Source: an uncultured virus (IMG/VR IMGVR_UViG_2049941000_000100)
Taxonomy: Duplodnaviria > Heunggongvirae > Uroviricota > Caudoviricetes
Reading direction: 5' to 3' (one strand)
IMG/VR virus record: IMGVR_UViG_2049941000_000100
DNA length: 64,000 bases
Shown: piece after piece, positions 47,027-58,439 of the stretch
How the letters are laid out: every line of letters starts with the position of its first letter
Position numbering within the stretch: the first letter of the stretch is position 1
Made by a program: the position numbers and the translations under genes
Notes under the pieces: generated by a model
Databases searched by the model: none
Told to the model about the DNA's origin: nothing
What the model saw: only the letters and a program-made list of their open reading frames with translations

Positions 47027-47983
47027 ATGGCGAAAGTTTCAATTACTGAATAGTATCTTGAAGATATAGCGGATGCTATTAGAAGTAAAAGTAGTAGCAG
47101 CACGACATATACTCCCTCTCAAATGGCAGCAGCGATATTGGCAATTCCAACAGGTGGAACAATAAATAATCAGAATAAGGCAGTTACTCCTAATGAAACA
47201 GAATAGAGCATAACTTATGATAGTGGATATACTGGATTGGGTACGGTTACGGTAGGGGCGATTAGTTCTACTTATGTAGGTAGTGGAATTACTAGAAGAA
47301 GTTCTACTGATTTAACTGCCTCTGGAGCAACAGTTTCTGTGCCTGCTGGTTATTATGAAGAAGCTGCGAGTAAATCAGTTAGTACAATGACACTTCCTAC
47401 TTCTGCAAGTGCGAGCGCGACGAGTGGTTATACAAGTAAAGCAACTATTTCTCGTTCCATTTCTGACCAATATATAAATATTCCTATAGGTTATAATACA
47501 GCAGGTGGATATTATAAAATAAGTGCGGTAGCTAATGGTAGTACAACGGCGCCGGCTAGTATAAGTGGAAGTTCTGCCACAGTTTCTACTGGAACAAATA
47601 CAATAACTCTTTCTAAAACGATTAGTGTTACTCCTACTGTAAGTGCTGGTTATATAAGTTCTGGCACGGCTGGTAATAGTTCTGTTAGTTTAACCGCTTC
47701 TGTTGCTACAAAAGCGGCCACAACTTATCATCCATCCACAACCGCGCAATCTATATCTAGTGGGACTTATTTAACAGGAGCTTAGACAATTAATGCGGTA
47801 ACTACTTCAAATCTAAGTGCAAGTAATATAGTTTCTGGTGTAACGATAAAAGTTGGGGATAGTTCTGATGATGATTGTGTTGCAAGTGTAACTGGTAATG
47901 TAGTTTTACAAAATTACTATACCGGAAGTTCTGCTCCTTCTTCTTCTTTAGGAAGTAATGGAGATTTATATCTTCAGAGTTAA
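47027..47983 (+). CDS. Ser/Thr-rich tail-associated protein (TAG=Gln)
   Basis: LEDIADAIRSK..YTPSQMAAAI, VPAGYY, SGTYLTGA, NLSASNIVSGV, SLGSNGDLYLQ. Confidence 0.8.
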
Positions 47984-47994
47984 GGGGGTAGATT

Positions 47995-49332
47995 ATGGCG
48001 ACGATGACATTGCATCCAACTCAGCTTAATAATGCTGCCAGTTCATATTTAACTATTACTGATTAGAATAATATGTATACCGATACAAGCAGTACTACAT
48101 ATGCTACTATTCAGAATACGAACGCTTCAACATCCAATAGATATATTTATCTTAAAGGATTTAATTTTGATGATCTTCCTACCGGGGCCGAAGTAAGTTC
48201 TTTTACTGTTAAGATAAAAGGTTATTATAGCGGTGGTTCACAGCAAACTTTATATTTGTGTAATAATACAACCACGCAAACAGGAGCAACGGCTACGGGT
48301 TTAACAACAACAACCAAAACCAGAGAATTTTCAAAAGGCTCTTTAACCTGGGACACTATAAGCAGTTGGGGAGATAATTTTTCAATAAGAATAAACTGTA
48401 GAAGAGGAAGCAGAAATACGGTAGCATACTATTATATTTATGGTGCTGAGATCGAGGTTACCTATACATTACCGGTCTTCTATGATATTACAACTTCCAC
48501 AACTACTGGAACAATTTCTCCGTCAGGAACAACTTCTGTGAGAGAAGGAGAAAATTTTACTCTGACTATAGAAGCCAGTAATCCTACAGTAACCGATAAT
48601 AATATTGATGTTACTTCTCAGATTCAGAGAATAACTGATAGTTCTACAACTTATATTCCTTACGATTATTCAAATACAGGATTTAATATAAGCAATATCA
48701 ATAATGCATATAGTGATATTACCGATTCTACTTATGCAGATTGCAGTTTATCAGGAAAAACAACAGGGAACTTATATTTGGTTCTAGGACCTGTTAACCT
48801 TCCATCCAGTGCAACGATAACCAATATTACATGCTAGGCCAGTTTATAGATAAGTAGGAATGGTTCATCGTCAAGTATGACTGCTTCATGCCAGATGTAT
48901 AGTGGGAACACATCAAAAGGTTCTTCAACTACATTAGTATCAAGTGCATAGGACGTTGCTCGTACAACATACACGCTTAATATAGGTAGTTGGACCGCTT
49001 CGGAATTGGAGAATGCTCGTTTTTACTTGACAATGTATAACGGAGCCTCAAGTACTGTAAGACATGTATATGTTTATGGTATTTCTTTTACTATTACATA
49101 TACCATAAGTGGTGAAGTTTATACTTATACACTAACCAATGTAAGAGTTAATCATACGATTATTGTAAATGCGGGGTCTGCCCCTAGTAAAAAAATTTAT
49201 GTGAAAATTAATAATACTTGGACTCAATATTCAAAAATTTATAAAAAAGTTAATGGGAGTTGGGTTGAGTAGTCTAGTTCTACTTGGGCGACTCTATTTG
49301 ATACAAATACAAATTATAGAAAAATGGAGTAA
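47995..49332 (+). CDS. Virion-associated beta-rich protein (TAG=Gln)
   Basis: Joins track ORFs 48073 and 49006; C-terminal IYVKINNTW..IYKKVNGSW motif. Confidence 0.8.
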
Positions 49333-49343
49333 GGAGAAAGAAA

Positions 49344-49996
49344 ATGGCTTTAATTGGTGAAATGAAATATTTATAGATAGGAAGTAATGTATATGAAATT
49401 CCAACCAGTGAACTTCCTATCGCTTCTTCTTCTACTCTTGGTGGGATAAAGGTTGGAACTAATTTAAGTATAGACGATAGTACGGGAGTTTTAAGTGTAA
49501 CGGGGATTCCTACTATTTCAATAACTCGAAATTTAACAAGTGGAACAAAATCTGCTACAATAAATGTAAATGGGGCAGATTATGATATTTATTCAGAAAC
49601 AAATACAGATACGAAAGTAACATAGGTCCCATTAAATGGACTAAATTCAAGTAAAGGATNNNNNNNNNNNNNNNNNNNNNNNNNNNNNNNNNNNNNNNNN
49701 NNNNNNNNNNNNNNNNNNNNNTTTATAGTTTCGATGGAACCAAATATGGTTATTATAAGTTTGATTCATTATATTTAAAAAATTCAGCTACTTCATATGG
49801 CGGGTTGCTAAGAACTGCCAATGTGACTGCAGATAGAACTTATACATTACCCGATGCAACTGGAACTATAGCACTAACCTCTGATATACCTACCTAGGCG
49901 AGTATTAATAGTTCTGGCCTAATAACATATAAAAATTCCAGCGGTACTTCGTTATTTACTTTATAGTTGCCGCTATATAGTGGGGGCGTAAGTTAA
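49344..49996 (+). CDS. Tail fibre-like protein, gapped
   Basis: LPIASSSTLGGIKVGTNLSI..; DRTYTLPDATGTIALTSDIP; ends LPLYSGGVS*. Confidence 0.65.
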
Positions 49997-49997
49997 A

Positions 49998-50568
49998 ATG
50001 CCTGATGTAATAATAACTTATAAAAATTCTACGATTGCGGATATATCTAATTCTGGTTCTATAGTATTAAAAACCGCGGATAAATACTGCGAAGAGGATA
50101 TTATAACTACTTAGATTAGGNNNNNNNNNNAAAATAGTTGGAGAAGAAGGTATTCCTATTGCCACAAAAGGGGCGGTAGAAAATAATTCTATCTCTATTA
50201 TTCCTTCTGTTACAAATATAGGCGGATATATTGCCGGTGGTACAAGAACCGGCTCAGCCGTTACGGTATCTGCAAACGAACTTGTAAATGGAACAAAGAC
50301 AATTTCTAGTAGTGGAATAACAGATGTAACTAATTATGCGTCGGTCTCTGTCCCTGCGGGAAGTGCGACAATTACTGGGACTACCGTTACTGTAAATCCT
50401 AATATTTCAGTTAGTTCAAATGGGGTAATTACTGCGATTATAAGTAGTTCATAGACTATAACTCCAATTATTTTAGAAGGATATATTTCAGCTGGAACAG
50501 AAGGAACAATTTTAGTTAGTGGTAGTAAAACATAGTAGCTGCCACTATATAACGGGGGGGTAGAGTAA
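49998..50568 (+). CDS. Tail-associated modular protein, gapped
   Basis: ITYKNSTIA..LKTADKYCEEDI; SANELVNGTKTI..DVTNYASVSV; ends LPLYNGGVE* with TAA overlapping the next ATG. Confidence 0.65.
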
Positions 50569-52205
50569 TGCCGGTTTATGGAGATACTGCAGAACTTTAT
50601 AGTAATTATAGTTCAAATAATAATACACGTTTAGTTTATTGCGCATGGGGTACTCCACTTCCTACTATTGAATCAGCGGGTGGAACCGCCCCAACAGGAT
50701 ATACTTTTAAAGAATGGAATACAAATACGAGTGGGACAGGAACCTCTTATGCCCCTGGGGATACTACTCCATCAGTAAGTTTTTTATATGCGATATGGGA
50801 AGAAATACCTTATGACGTAACTATTTCTTATAAAGGTTCTACTATTGCTACTATGTCTAGTAGTGGTACTAAAACCCTTAATACGGCTGGAACATATTGC
50901 GAAGATGATATTACAATAGATTATACTAAAACTGGGATGACGGTAGTAGAAACTCTAGACCCTAATGGCGGTACAATAGTAAGTATTAGCGGCGACCCAG
51001 TAACTTCTCTTTAGGCTAAAACGGTTATTCCGACTAGTCAATCGCAAACTATTAGTGCAGATAGTGGGTATGATGCGATTTCGGAAGTTTTAGTTTAGGG
51101 AGATAGTAATTTAATTGGCTCTAATATTGCAAGTGGAGTTTCAATATTTGGAGTAGTTGGAACTTTTGCAGGTGGCAGTGAAGATTTAAAGAATTTTATA
51201 GAATAGTATAATACAATAACTAGTTTTTCAAATTCAGAAGTAAGCACAATTGGTGGCGGAGCTTTTGCTTGCTGCTACAACCTCACAACAGTGAATTTTC
51301 CTTCGTGTACGAGTATTGGTAGTATGGCATTTGTTTATTGTTATAGTCTTACAACGGTGAGTTTCCCTTCATGTACGAATATCGGTGATAGCGCATTTTA
51401 GTATTGTTCCAATCTTATAACAGTAAGTTTTTCTTCGTGTACGAGTATTGGTAGCTACGCATTTTAGGATTGCTTTAGTCTTACAACGGTGAGTTTCCCT
51501 TCATGTACGAATATCGGTGATAACGCATTTGCTCATTGTTACAGCCTTGCAACAGTGGACTTTCCTTCATGCACGAGTATCGGTAGTAACGCATTTTAGG
51601 ATTGCTTTAGTCTTACAACGGTGAGTTTTCCATTGTGCACTAGTGTCAATGATTATGCATTTGCTTTTTGTACCAGTCTTACAACAGTAGATATTCCTTT
51701 GTATACGAGTATCGGTGACGGGATATTTTATAATTGTACCAGTCTTACAACAGTAGATATTCCTTTGTGTACGAGTATTGGTAGCTACGCATTTGCTTAT
51801 TGTTACAATCTTACAACGGTAAGCTTTTCTTTGTGTACGAATATCGGTAGCTACGCATTTTAGAGTTGTTCCAGCCTTGTAACGGTGAGTCTTCCTCTGT
51901 GCACAAGTATCGGCATCTACGCATTTTAGTCTTGTCACAATCTTGCAACGGTGAGCTTTCCTTCGTGCACGGATATCGGTAGCTCCGCATTTCGGTATTG
52001 CTATTCTTTAGTTTCTCTATATCTTACTGGGTCGAGTGTTGCGCGACTTTGGAATTCAAACGCTTTTTCCTCTACACCAATCGCAAGATACACCACTTCA
52101 ACCGGCGGCGTTTACGGGAGTATTTTCGTTCCGTCCTCATTATATTCGACCTATATAGCATCAACTAACTGGACATACTTCTCGTCTCGAATTGTAAGCG
52201 TATAA
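50568..52205 (+). CDS. InlB B-repeat plus BspA-type (LRR_5) leucine-rich-repeat protein, 545 aa (TAG=Gln)
   Basis: Track ORFs 50568, 51621 and 51951 share one frame; 22-aa repeat CTSIGxxAFxxCxxLTTVSFPx. Confidence 0.9.
51245..52010 (+). repeat. 66-bp tandem LRR-coding repeat, about 11-12 units
   Basis: Recurring tgYacRaRtatYggt..gcattt..tgY..cttacaacRgt at 66-nt period. Confidence 0.9.
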
Positions 52206-52215
52206 AATTAATATA

Positions 52216-52304
52216 AAACGGGTAGCATAAGGGTCGCGCCCTAAGTGAGATAATGTGCCATAACACAAGCCGTTTAATAAATATAATAAATATTTTTATG
52301 GAGG
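52216..52304 (+). ncRNA. Candidate cis-regulatory RNA: three-way junction with SD-overlapping pseudoknot, copy B
   Basis: AAACGG-GUAG-P2-AGAUAA-UGUG CCAUAA CACA-AG-CCGUUU; loop CCAUAA pairs with UUAUGG (52296-301), which overlaps GGAGG. Confidence 0.65.
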
Positions 52305-52309
52305 TATTT

Positions 52310-53405
52310 ATGAAACTTCAAATTTTAGTTCCCCAATATCACGAAACAGGCGAAATTATTAAACCTTTATTAGATTCAATNNNNNNNNNNAAACAGACGA
52401 AATTATTAAACCTTTATTAGATTCAATCGCATTACAATAGGCAGTTTCTATGGAAGAAATAGGAGTTATAATTTGTAATGATGGGTCAGATGTTCGTCTT
52501 TCAGAAAAACTTTTAAATTCTTATCCTTTTAAAGTTGAATATTATCTTGAGCCTCATCGTGGCGTAAGTGGCACTCGTAATGCATGTTTTAATCATGCGA
52601 CCGCAGATTATGTAATGTTTTGTGATGCGGATGATATGTTCTGTAATGTATGCGGTTTATGGATAATATTTAGAGAAATGCAAGGGAATGGGTTTGATAG
52701 CTTAGTTTCGGTATTTATTGAAGAATCACGTCTTCCGCAAGATATGCCTGAGCAAAGAGATTAGATGGGGAATGTAGTGATGCCCGCTATGAAAAAGGGC
52801 AGTCCAATGTTTATTAACCATGATATGGATTCAACATTTGTCCATGGAAAAGTTCATCGTCGTCAATATTTACTTAACCAAAATATTCGTTGGAATGAGA
52901 AGCTTACTATCCATGAAGATAGTTTCTTTAATATCCAATGCTAGAATCTTTCAACAAATGTAAAGTATTGCTAGACGCCATTTTATTTATGGAAATGGAG
53001 AGATGAAAGTGTTTGTCGGCATGACCCGAAATATATACTTNNNNNNNNNNAACTTATAAAAATATGATTGATAGTAACGATGCGCTTGTAGATGAATTTT
53101 TGAAGCGTAACGTAAAAAATAAAGCTATGTTCTTTACTGGGTTCCTTATTTTTGATGCGTATTATTTAATGAATAAACCTGAATGGCGCGATTAGGAAAA
53201 TAAATAATATAGAGATAGTACGGAAAAATATTTTGCAAAGTATTATAAAAAGAGAAAGAAATTATGGAATCAAATTTCTGATAGTGATAAAATGCAAATA
53301 TCTAACCAAATTCGTACTCGTTCGGTAAATGAAGGAATGATGATGGAGAATGTTACGATTGACAATTGGTTAAAACATATTGAAAAACTTAACAAAGATA
53401 GATAA
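52310..53405 (+). CDS. Family 2 glycosyltransferase (TAG=Gln; gaps; in-frame TAA at 53205)
   Basis: LQILVPQYHE..LLDSI..ICNDGSD..GVSGTRN..YVMFCDADD..VHGKVHRRQYL..HEDSFFN. Confidence 0.85.
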
Positions 53406-53439
53406 ATATAGAAATATATTTAAAAAGTGAGGTAGAAAA

Positions 53440-54345
53440 ATGGCTGTTGCAAAAGTCATATTAAATGGAAATACTTTAATTGATGTTACGGATAAAACTG
53501 TAGCTAGTTCAAATTTAGTATCTCCAAATACCGCATTGGGCGCCGATGGAACAACTGTGACCGGCGCGTTAGTAGCAAAAAGTGCGTCAGATGTAACTGT
53601 GTCTGGCGCTACAACAACAATACCTGCGGGAGTTTATTCTTCACAGGTTTAGAAAACAGTTAGTAGCGGGACGGCGGGAACGCCTACTGCAACGAAAGGG
53701 ACAGTTAGTAGTAATTCTGTTACTGTCACGCCGTCTGTTACAAATACTACAGGATATATTACCGGTGGAACTTTAACAGGTACCGCAGTGAATGTATCAG
53801 CTTCCGAATTGGTTAGTGGTACTAAAAATATTACGGCCTCCGGAACAGTTGATGTAACGAACTATGCATCAGCATCCGTAGCGGCAGGTTCTGTATCTAT
53901 TTCTGCTACTACTATTACAGCGAATCCAACTATTAATATAAATGATACTACAGGTGTAATTACAGCATCGAATAATACTACATAGAACGTTACTCCTACC
54001 GTGAGTGCAGGATACGTTTCAAGCGGTACGGCGGGGACAATTACGGTTAGTGGAAGTAATACGTTAACAATTCCTCCGTGGAGTGGGGGAAGCTATGGGA
54101 AAATTATAATTACGCTTACAGTTAGTGGGTCAAGTTATTCTGCGGAAAGTGGCATGACATGGGAATAGTTTATTGCGAGTGAATATAATACAGCAAATTG
54201 GGTAGTAGGTAGTGATGGATATATTTATCCTAGTAGTGGTGGTCGACATAATTTAGCATATAGGATTGACTAGGGTCCGGATATATATATTAAAAAAAAT
54301 GATATTGTCGACCCTAATATAATTTATATTTGGTCCATGTGGTAA
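53440..54345 (+). CDS. Ser/Thr-rich tail-associated modular protein (TAG=Gln)
   Basis: MAVAKVILNGNTLIDVTDKTV..GADGTTVTG; joins track ORFs 53440 and 53788. Confidence 0.8.
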
Positions 54346-54374
54346 TATATAGTATTATAATGAGGTGAAATAAA

Positions 54375-55562
54375 ATGGCGTTAGATAAATTAATAGATAG
54401 CGCGCGTCTTGACGGCGCATTATCCGCCACTGCAACCGCTATTCTTTCAAAAACCGGTGGTTCAACTCCTTTGACATGGGATATGGATGAAGGTTTCGCT
54501 GATGTAATAGAAGATATCCCAACAGGCGGAGGCGGAGACAGTTCAAAAGACTTCATCGAGCAACATAATTGGATAACAAGTTTTACAGATAGCACAATAA
54601 GTGTCATTGGAGCAGGGGCATTTGCATATTGCTATAGCCTTACAGAGGTAAGTATTCCTTCGTGCACAAGTATCGGTAGCTACGCATTTTAGTAGTGTCT
54701 CAAACTTACAACGGCGAGTTTTTCTTTGTGTACGAGTATCGGTAGCTACGCATTTTCTAATTGTTCTAGTCTTACAACGGTAAGTTTCCCTTCGTGCACA
54801 AGTATCGGTGGCTACGCATTTTATTCTTGTTACAATCTTACAACGGTAAGTTTCCCTTCATGTACGAATATCGGTGGCTACGCATTTTAGTATTGTTCCA
54901 GGCTTACAACGGTAAATTTCCCTTCGTGCACGACTATTGGTAACTACGCATTTTATTCTTGTTCCAAACTTACAACGGTAAGTATTCCTTTGTGTACGAG
55001 TATCGGTGCCTACGCATTTTAGAGTTGTTTTAGTCTTACAACGGTAAGTTTTTCTTCGTGTACGTATATCGGTAACTACGCATTTTCTAATTGCTCTAGT
55101 CTTACAACGGTAAGTATTCCTTTGTGTACGAGTATTGATAATGGTGCATTTACATGGTGTTCCAATCTTACAACGGTAAGCTTTTCTTTGTGTACGAGTA
55201 TCGGTAGCTACGCATTTTCTAATTGTTCTAGTCTTACAACGGTGAGTCTTCCTCTGTGTACGAGTATCAAGAACTAGGTATTTGCATTTTGTTCCAGCCT
55301 TACAACGGTGAGCTTTCCTTCGTGTACGAGTATCGGTAGCTTCACATTCAGAGCATGCTATCGTCTAGTGTCTTTGTATCTTACTGGTTCAAGCATTGCA
55401 TTTTTGTCGAATTCAAATGCATTTTCATCAACTCCAATAGAAGGATATACGACTTATACTAATGGAGTTTACGGGAGCATTTTCGTTCCATCCTCATTAT
55501 ATTCGTCCTATATCGCATCGACAAACTGGACATATTTCTCATCTCGATTCGTGAGTGTATAA
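54375..55562 (+). CDS. Second BspA-type LRR protein, 395 aa (TAG=Gln)
   Basis: Same 22-aa repeat and near-identical C-terminal cap (GSIFVPSSLYSxYIASTNWTYFSSR) as 50568..52205. Confidence 0.9.
54600..55370 (+). repeat. 66-bp tandem LRR-coding repeat, about 11-12 units
   Basis: 66-nt periodicity; homologous to 51245..52010. Confidence 0.9.
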
Positions 55563-55768
55563 ATAATTAATATAAAACGGGGTGAGTTTTTAATTATGAG
55601 TAATTATTTAACAACAGGTATAGAATTAACTTCTATTGCTAATGCTATTCATACTGTGGGAGGTACTTCGGCTTCGTTAATATATCCGAGTGGGTTTATT
55701 AGTGCGATTTAGGGAATTTAGCCGAGTTTAGAAAGTTTAACGATAAATGAAAATAGGAGATTAAATGT

Positions 55769-56008
55769 ATGGTAATTTATGAACGTATAAAAGATACCGA
55801 TTTAATTCTTGCATATTCAAACAATAATATGAAGATACGCTCCGATGAAACTGGAGCTATATATGAAGAAGCAATAGATCCAGATTTCTGTAATAGGACT
55901 TATACAGAAACAGATGAACCAATAGATGATATACTAACTTCTGAGCAAATAGTTGAAACTATTTTTGGAAATGGAGAAATTTCTGAGCAGTCGGAGGAAG
56001 AAGAATGA
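55769..56008 (+). CDS. Small acidic tail-associated protein
   Basis: GGAG RBS; ETGAIYEEAID..RTYTETDEPI. Confidence 0.7.
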   Translation: MVIYERIKDTDLILAYSNNNMKIRSDETGAIYEEAIDPDFCNRTYTETDEPIDDILTSEQIVETIFGNGEISEQSEEEE

Positions 56009-56419
56009 TTAGATTTACTAAACGATAGGCCGAAAAATATCGAGCCTTAATGAATAAAGCGGCGAATAGTTTAGACGATTCTGATGCGGCTTATGCCCCG
56101 ATGCTTTTTGAAAGATGGGAAGAAGGAGTTTTATATGTAGTCGGCGCGCGAGTATGTTATGACGGTAAGCTTTATAAAGTTTTAATCGAGCATACTTCTT
56201 AGAGTGATTGGACGCCCGACGTATCTCCATCCTTATTTGCAGAGGTTCTTATTCCTGACCCAACCGTTATTCCTGAGTGGGTACAACCGAGTTCTACTAA
56301 TCCATATATGATGGGTGATAAAGTTCGTCATAATAATAAAATATGGATTTCTATTGCGGACTATANNNNNNNNNNAACCCGGAGTTTACGGTTGGGATGA
56401 AGTTATAGAAAATAATTAA
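56005..56419 (+). CDS. Carbohydrate-binding (CBM5/12, ChiC-BD-like) protein (TAG=Gln)
   Basis: WEEGVLYVVGARVCYDGKLYKVL..HTS[TAG]SDWTPD..YMMGDKVRHNNKIWIS..PGVYGW. Confidence 0.8.
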
Positions 56420-56433
56420 AGGGGTAAGTAATA

Positions 56434-56700
56434 ATGTATTATATTGTTATTGAAATTTAGAAGTCATTAATAAACAACGAAGTTAATGTCGCTTAGATAA
56501 CTACTGTACATCCTACTCGTAGTGAAGCAGAACAAAAATACCATACAGTATTATCTTACGCCGCAGTTTCTGGCCTTTTATCTCATTCTGCGACAATGTT
56601 GGATGAGAAGGGCTATTATATTAAGAGTGAATGCTATGTAACTAATCCGCCCGAGCCAGAACCGGAGCCAGAACCCGAAGTAAATAATGGAAAAGAATAA
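56434..56700 (+). CDS. Small hypothetical protein with PE-repeat tail
   Basis: MYYIVIEIQ..EAEQKYHTVLSYAAVS..HSA..PEPEPEPE*. Confidence 0.7.
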
Positions 56701-56703
56701 AAT

Positions 56704-56734
56704 AAAAGACTACGTATTAAATACGTAGTCTTTT
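56704..56734. terminator. Bidirectional intrinsic terminator
   Basis: AAAAGACTACGTA-ttaaa-TACGTAGTCTTTT. Confidence 0.9.
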
Positions 56735-56737
56735 TTA

Positions 56738-57278
56738 TTAATTATTATATTTTTTATCTTTCATAAACTCTCGTGCCTAAGCTTCTAACTATTCTAATGT
56801 TCCATTATTTGCAATAACCATATCGTATAAATCTGGATTAAAATTCTCATATTTATCCGCACTATTATCTAAACTTTCTTGCGACGCGCGCTAGATAAGT
56901 ATAGCTTGTGCATTAAAAGCAGTACGGAACTTTTCTATCTCAGAAGGTTCCCTTACATCAATAAAGAAAATTAATCTATCACTATCATAATCTCTCATGT
57001 CCATCCAACGACAAATAGTTCTTATATAGTTACTTACATCTTTAAATGGATAATTATTATAGTCTATTAAAAGCTATTTTAAATCCGCTAAAAACTTGCG
57101 GTCTTTCNNNNNNNNNNTCTTTGTTTCCATCCCATCCACACTACTTTGCGATTTTTTTAACTCCGTCAATAGAAGAATAAATTCTTACATAAACGGGATT
57201 TAGCGCAAAGCAGTAGTTCTCAAAAGTAGTTTTACCACTTCCAAGTTAAGGAAGGCCATTAATTATATAGACCTTCAT
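56738..57278 (-). CDS. dNMP-kinase-like P-loop protein with an in-frame TAA inside Walker A
   Basis: IINGLP*LGSGKTTF..VKKIA..GWDG..DRKFLADLK..FIDVREPSEI..YDMVIANNGT. Confidence 0.75.
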
Positions 57279-58367
57279 TTATCATCACCTACCTTAGATA
57301 TTCTAAATTTAATTTATTATAATCAGTATATTTAATTTCTATTAAAGGAATATTATTTAACTAACAATATTCTTTTTTTAATAAATCTCTTTTGTGTAAT
57401 TCTTGTAATTCTAAATCATTGTACCATGGCGCGAGGTGCATTTTTTTATACTCATCAAAATAATGTTGTTCACCCTAATATTCTATTAAACCAATTAATT
57501 TATTTTCTGTATCAAAAATAGCAAAATCAAAATATAATGGCAATGGAGAATCTTTAGAATAGTCTCTTAAATTAGTAAAAGAAAATTGAGTTTTAAAATT
57601 ACATTTAAGCTCTTGTAAAATGCTCTATATTTTCTATTCACCTTTCGACTTTAAACACCCACATGATTGACATAATCCACTACGTAGTGATTTAGAAGTA
57701 GTTATTTTTAAATTACCGCAATCGCATTGGCATAACCACAAAAATCTATTATCAGAGTTTTTTCCAACATAAGAAAGAACTGTTAATTTACCATATTTGT
57801 TTCCAGTTTCATCTACAAAATTATTTTCTATCTTTTTCTATTTTGCNNNNNNNNNNNNNNNNNNNNNNNNNNNNNNNNNNNNNNNNNNNNNNNNNNNNNN
57901 NNNNNNNNNNNNNNNNNNNNNNNNNNNNNNNNNNNNNNNNNNNNNNNNNNNNNNNNNNNNNNNNNNNNNNNNNNNNNNNNNNNNNNNNNNNNNNNNNNNN
58001 NNNNNNNNNNNNNNNNNNNNNNNNNNNNNNNNNNNNNNNNNNNNNNNNNNNNNNNNNNNNNNNNNNNNNNNNNNNNGTTGTAGATAAATATATTATATTC
58101 CCACATTTACAAATACATTTCCAAATTCTTGATTTTTTCCCATCTTTTTTATTATCTTCTTTAAATAAAGAATCTATATATAAATTACCAATTTGTTGTC
58201 CAGCTAAATCTCCACCAGCGCGCGTAATATTAGACTCTTTAGCGCGTTCTCTCTACAAACATCCACATGATTTTGTATTGCCGTTGCGTAATGAAGTCCC
58301 AGAAACATCAACTTCATTACCACAATCACATCTACAATGCCAATATGCTTGCCCTTTACGACTTTCT
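57259..58367 (-). CDS. Zn-finger repeat plus Vsr/DUF559-like endonuclease, gapped (TAG=Gln)
   Basis: WHCRCDCGN..TKSCGC repeats; KSKGE..YFDFAI..IEY[TAG]GEQHY..RDLIKKEYC. Confidence 0.8.
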
Positions 58368-58439
58368 NNNNNNNNNNTATTATAAATGGGTATACTAAAA
58401 TGGATACCATTTATCATATTTTATTTTCCTGGGAGGCCA

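Noticed and set aside
51245..55370. CRISPR array or DGR template/variable repeat pair
   Set aside because: The repeats are in-frame 66-bp coding units with no unique spacers, differences are not confined to adenines of one template, and no cas or RT gene lies in the window.
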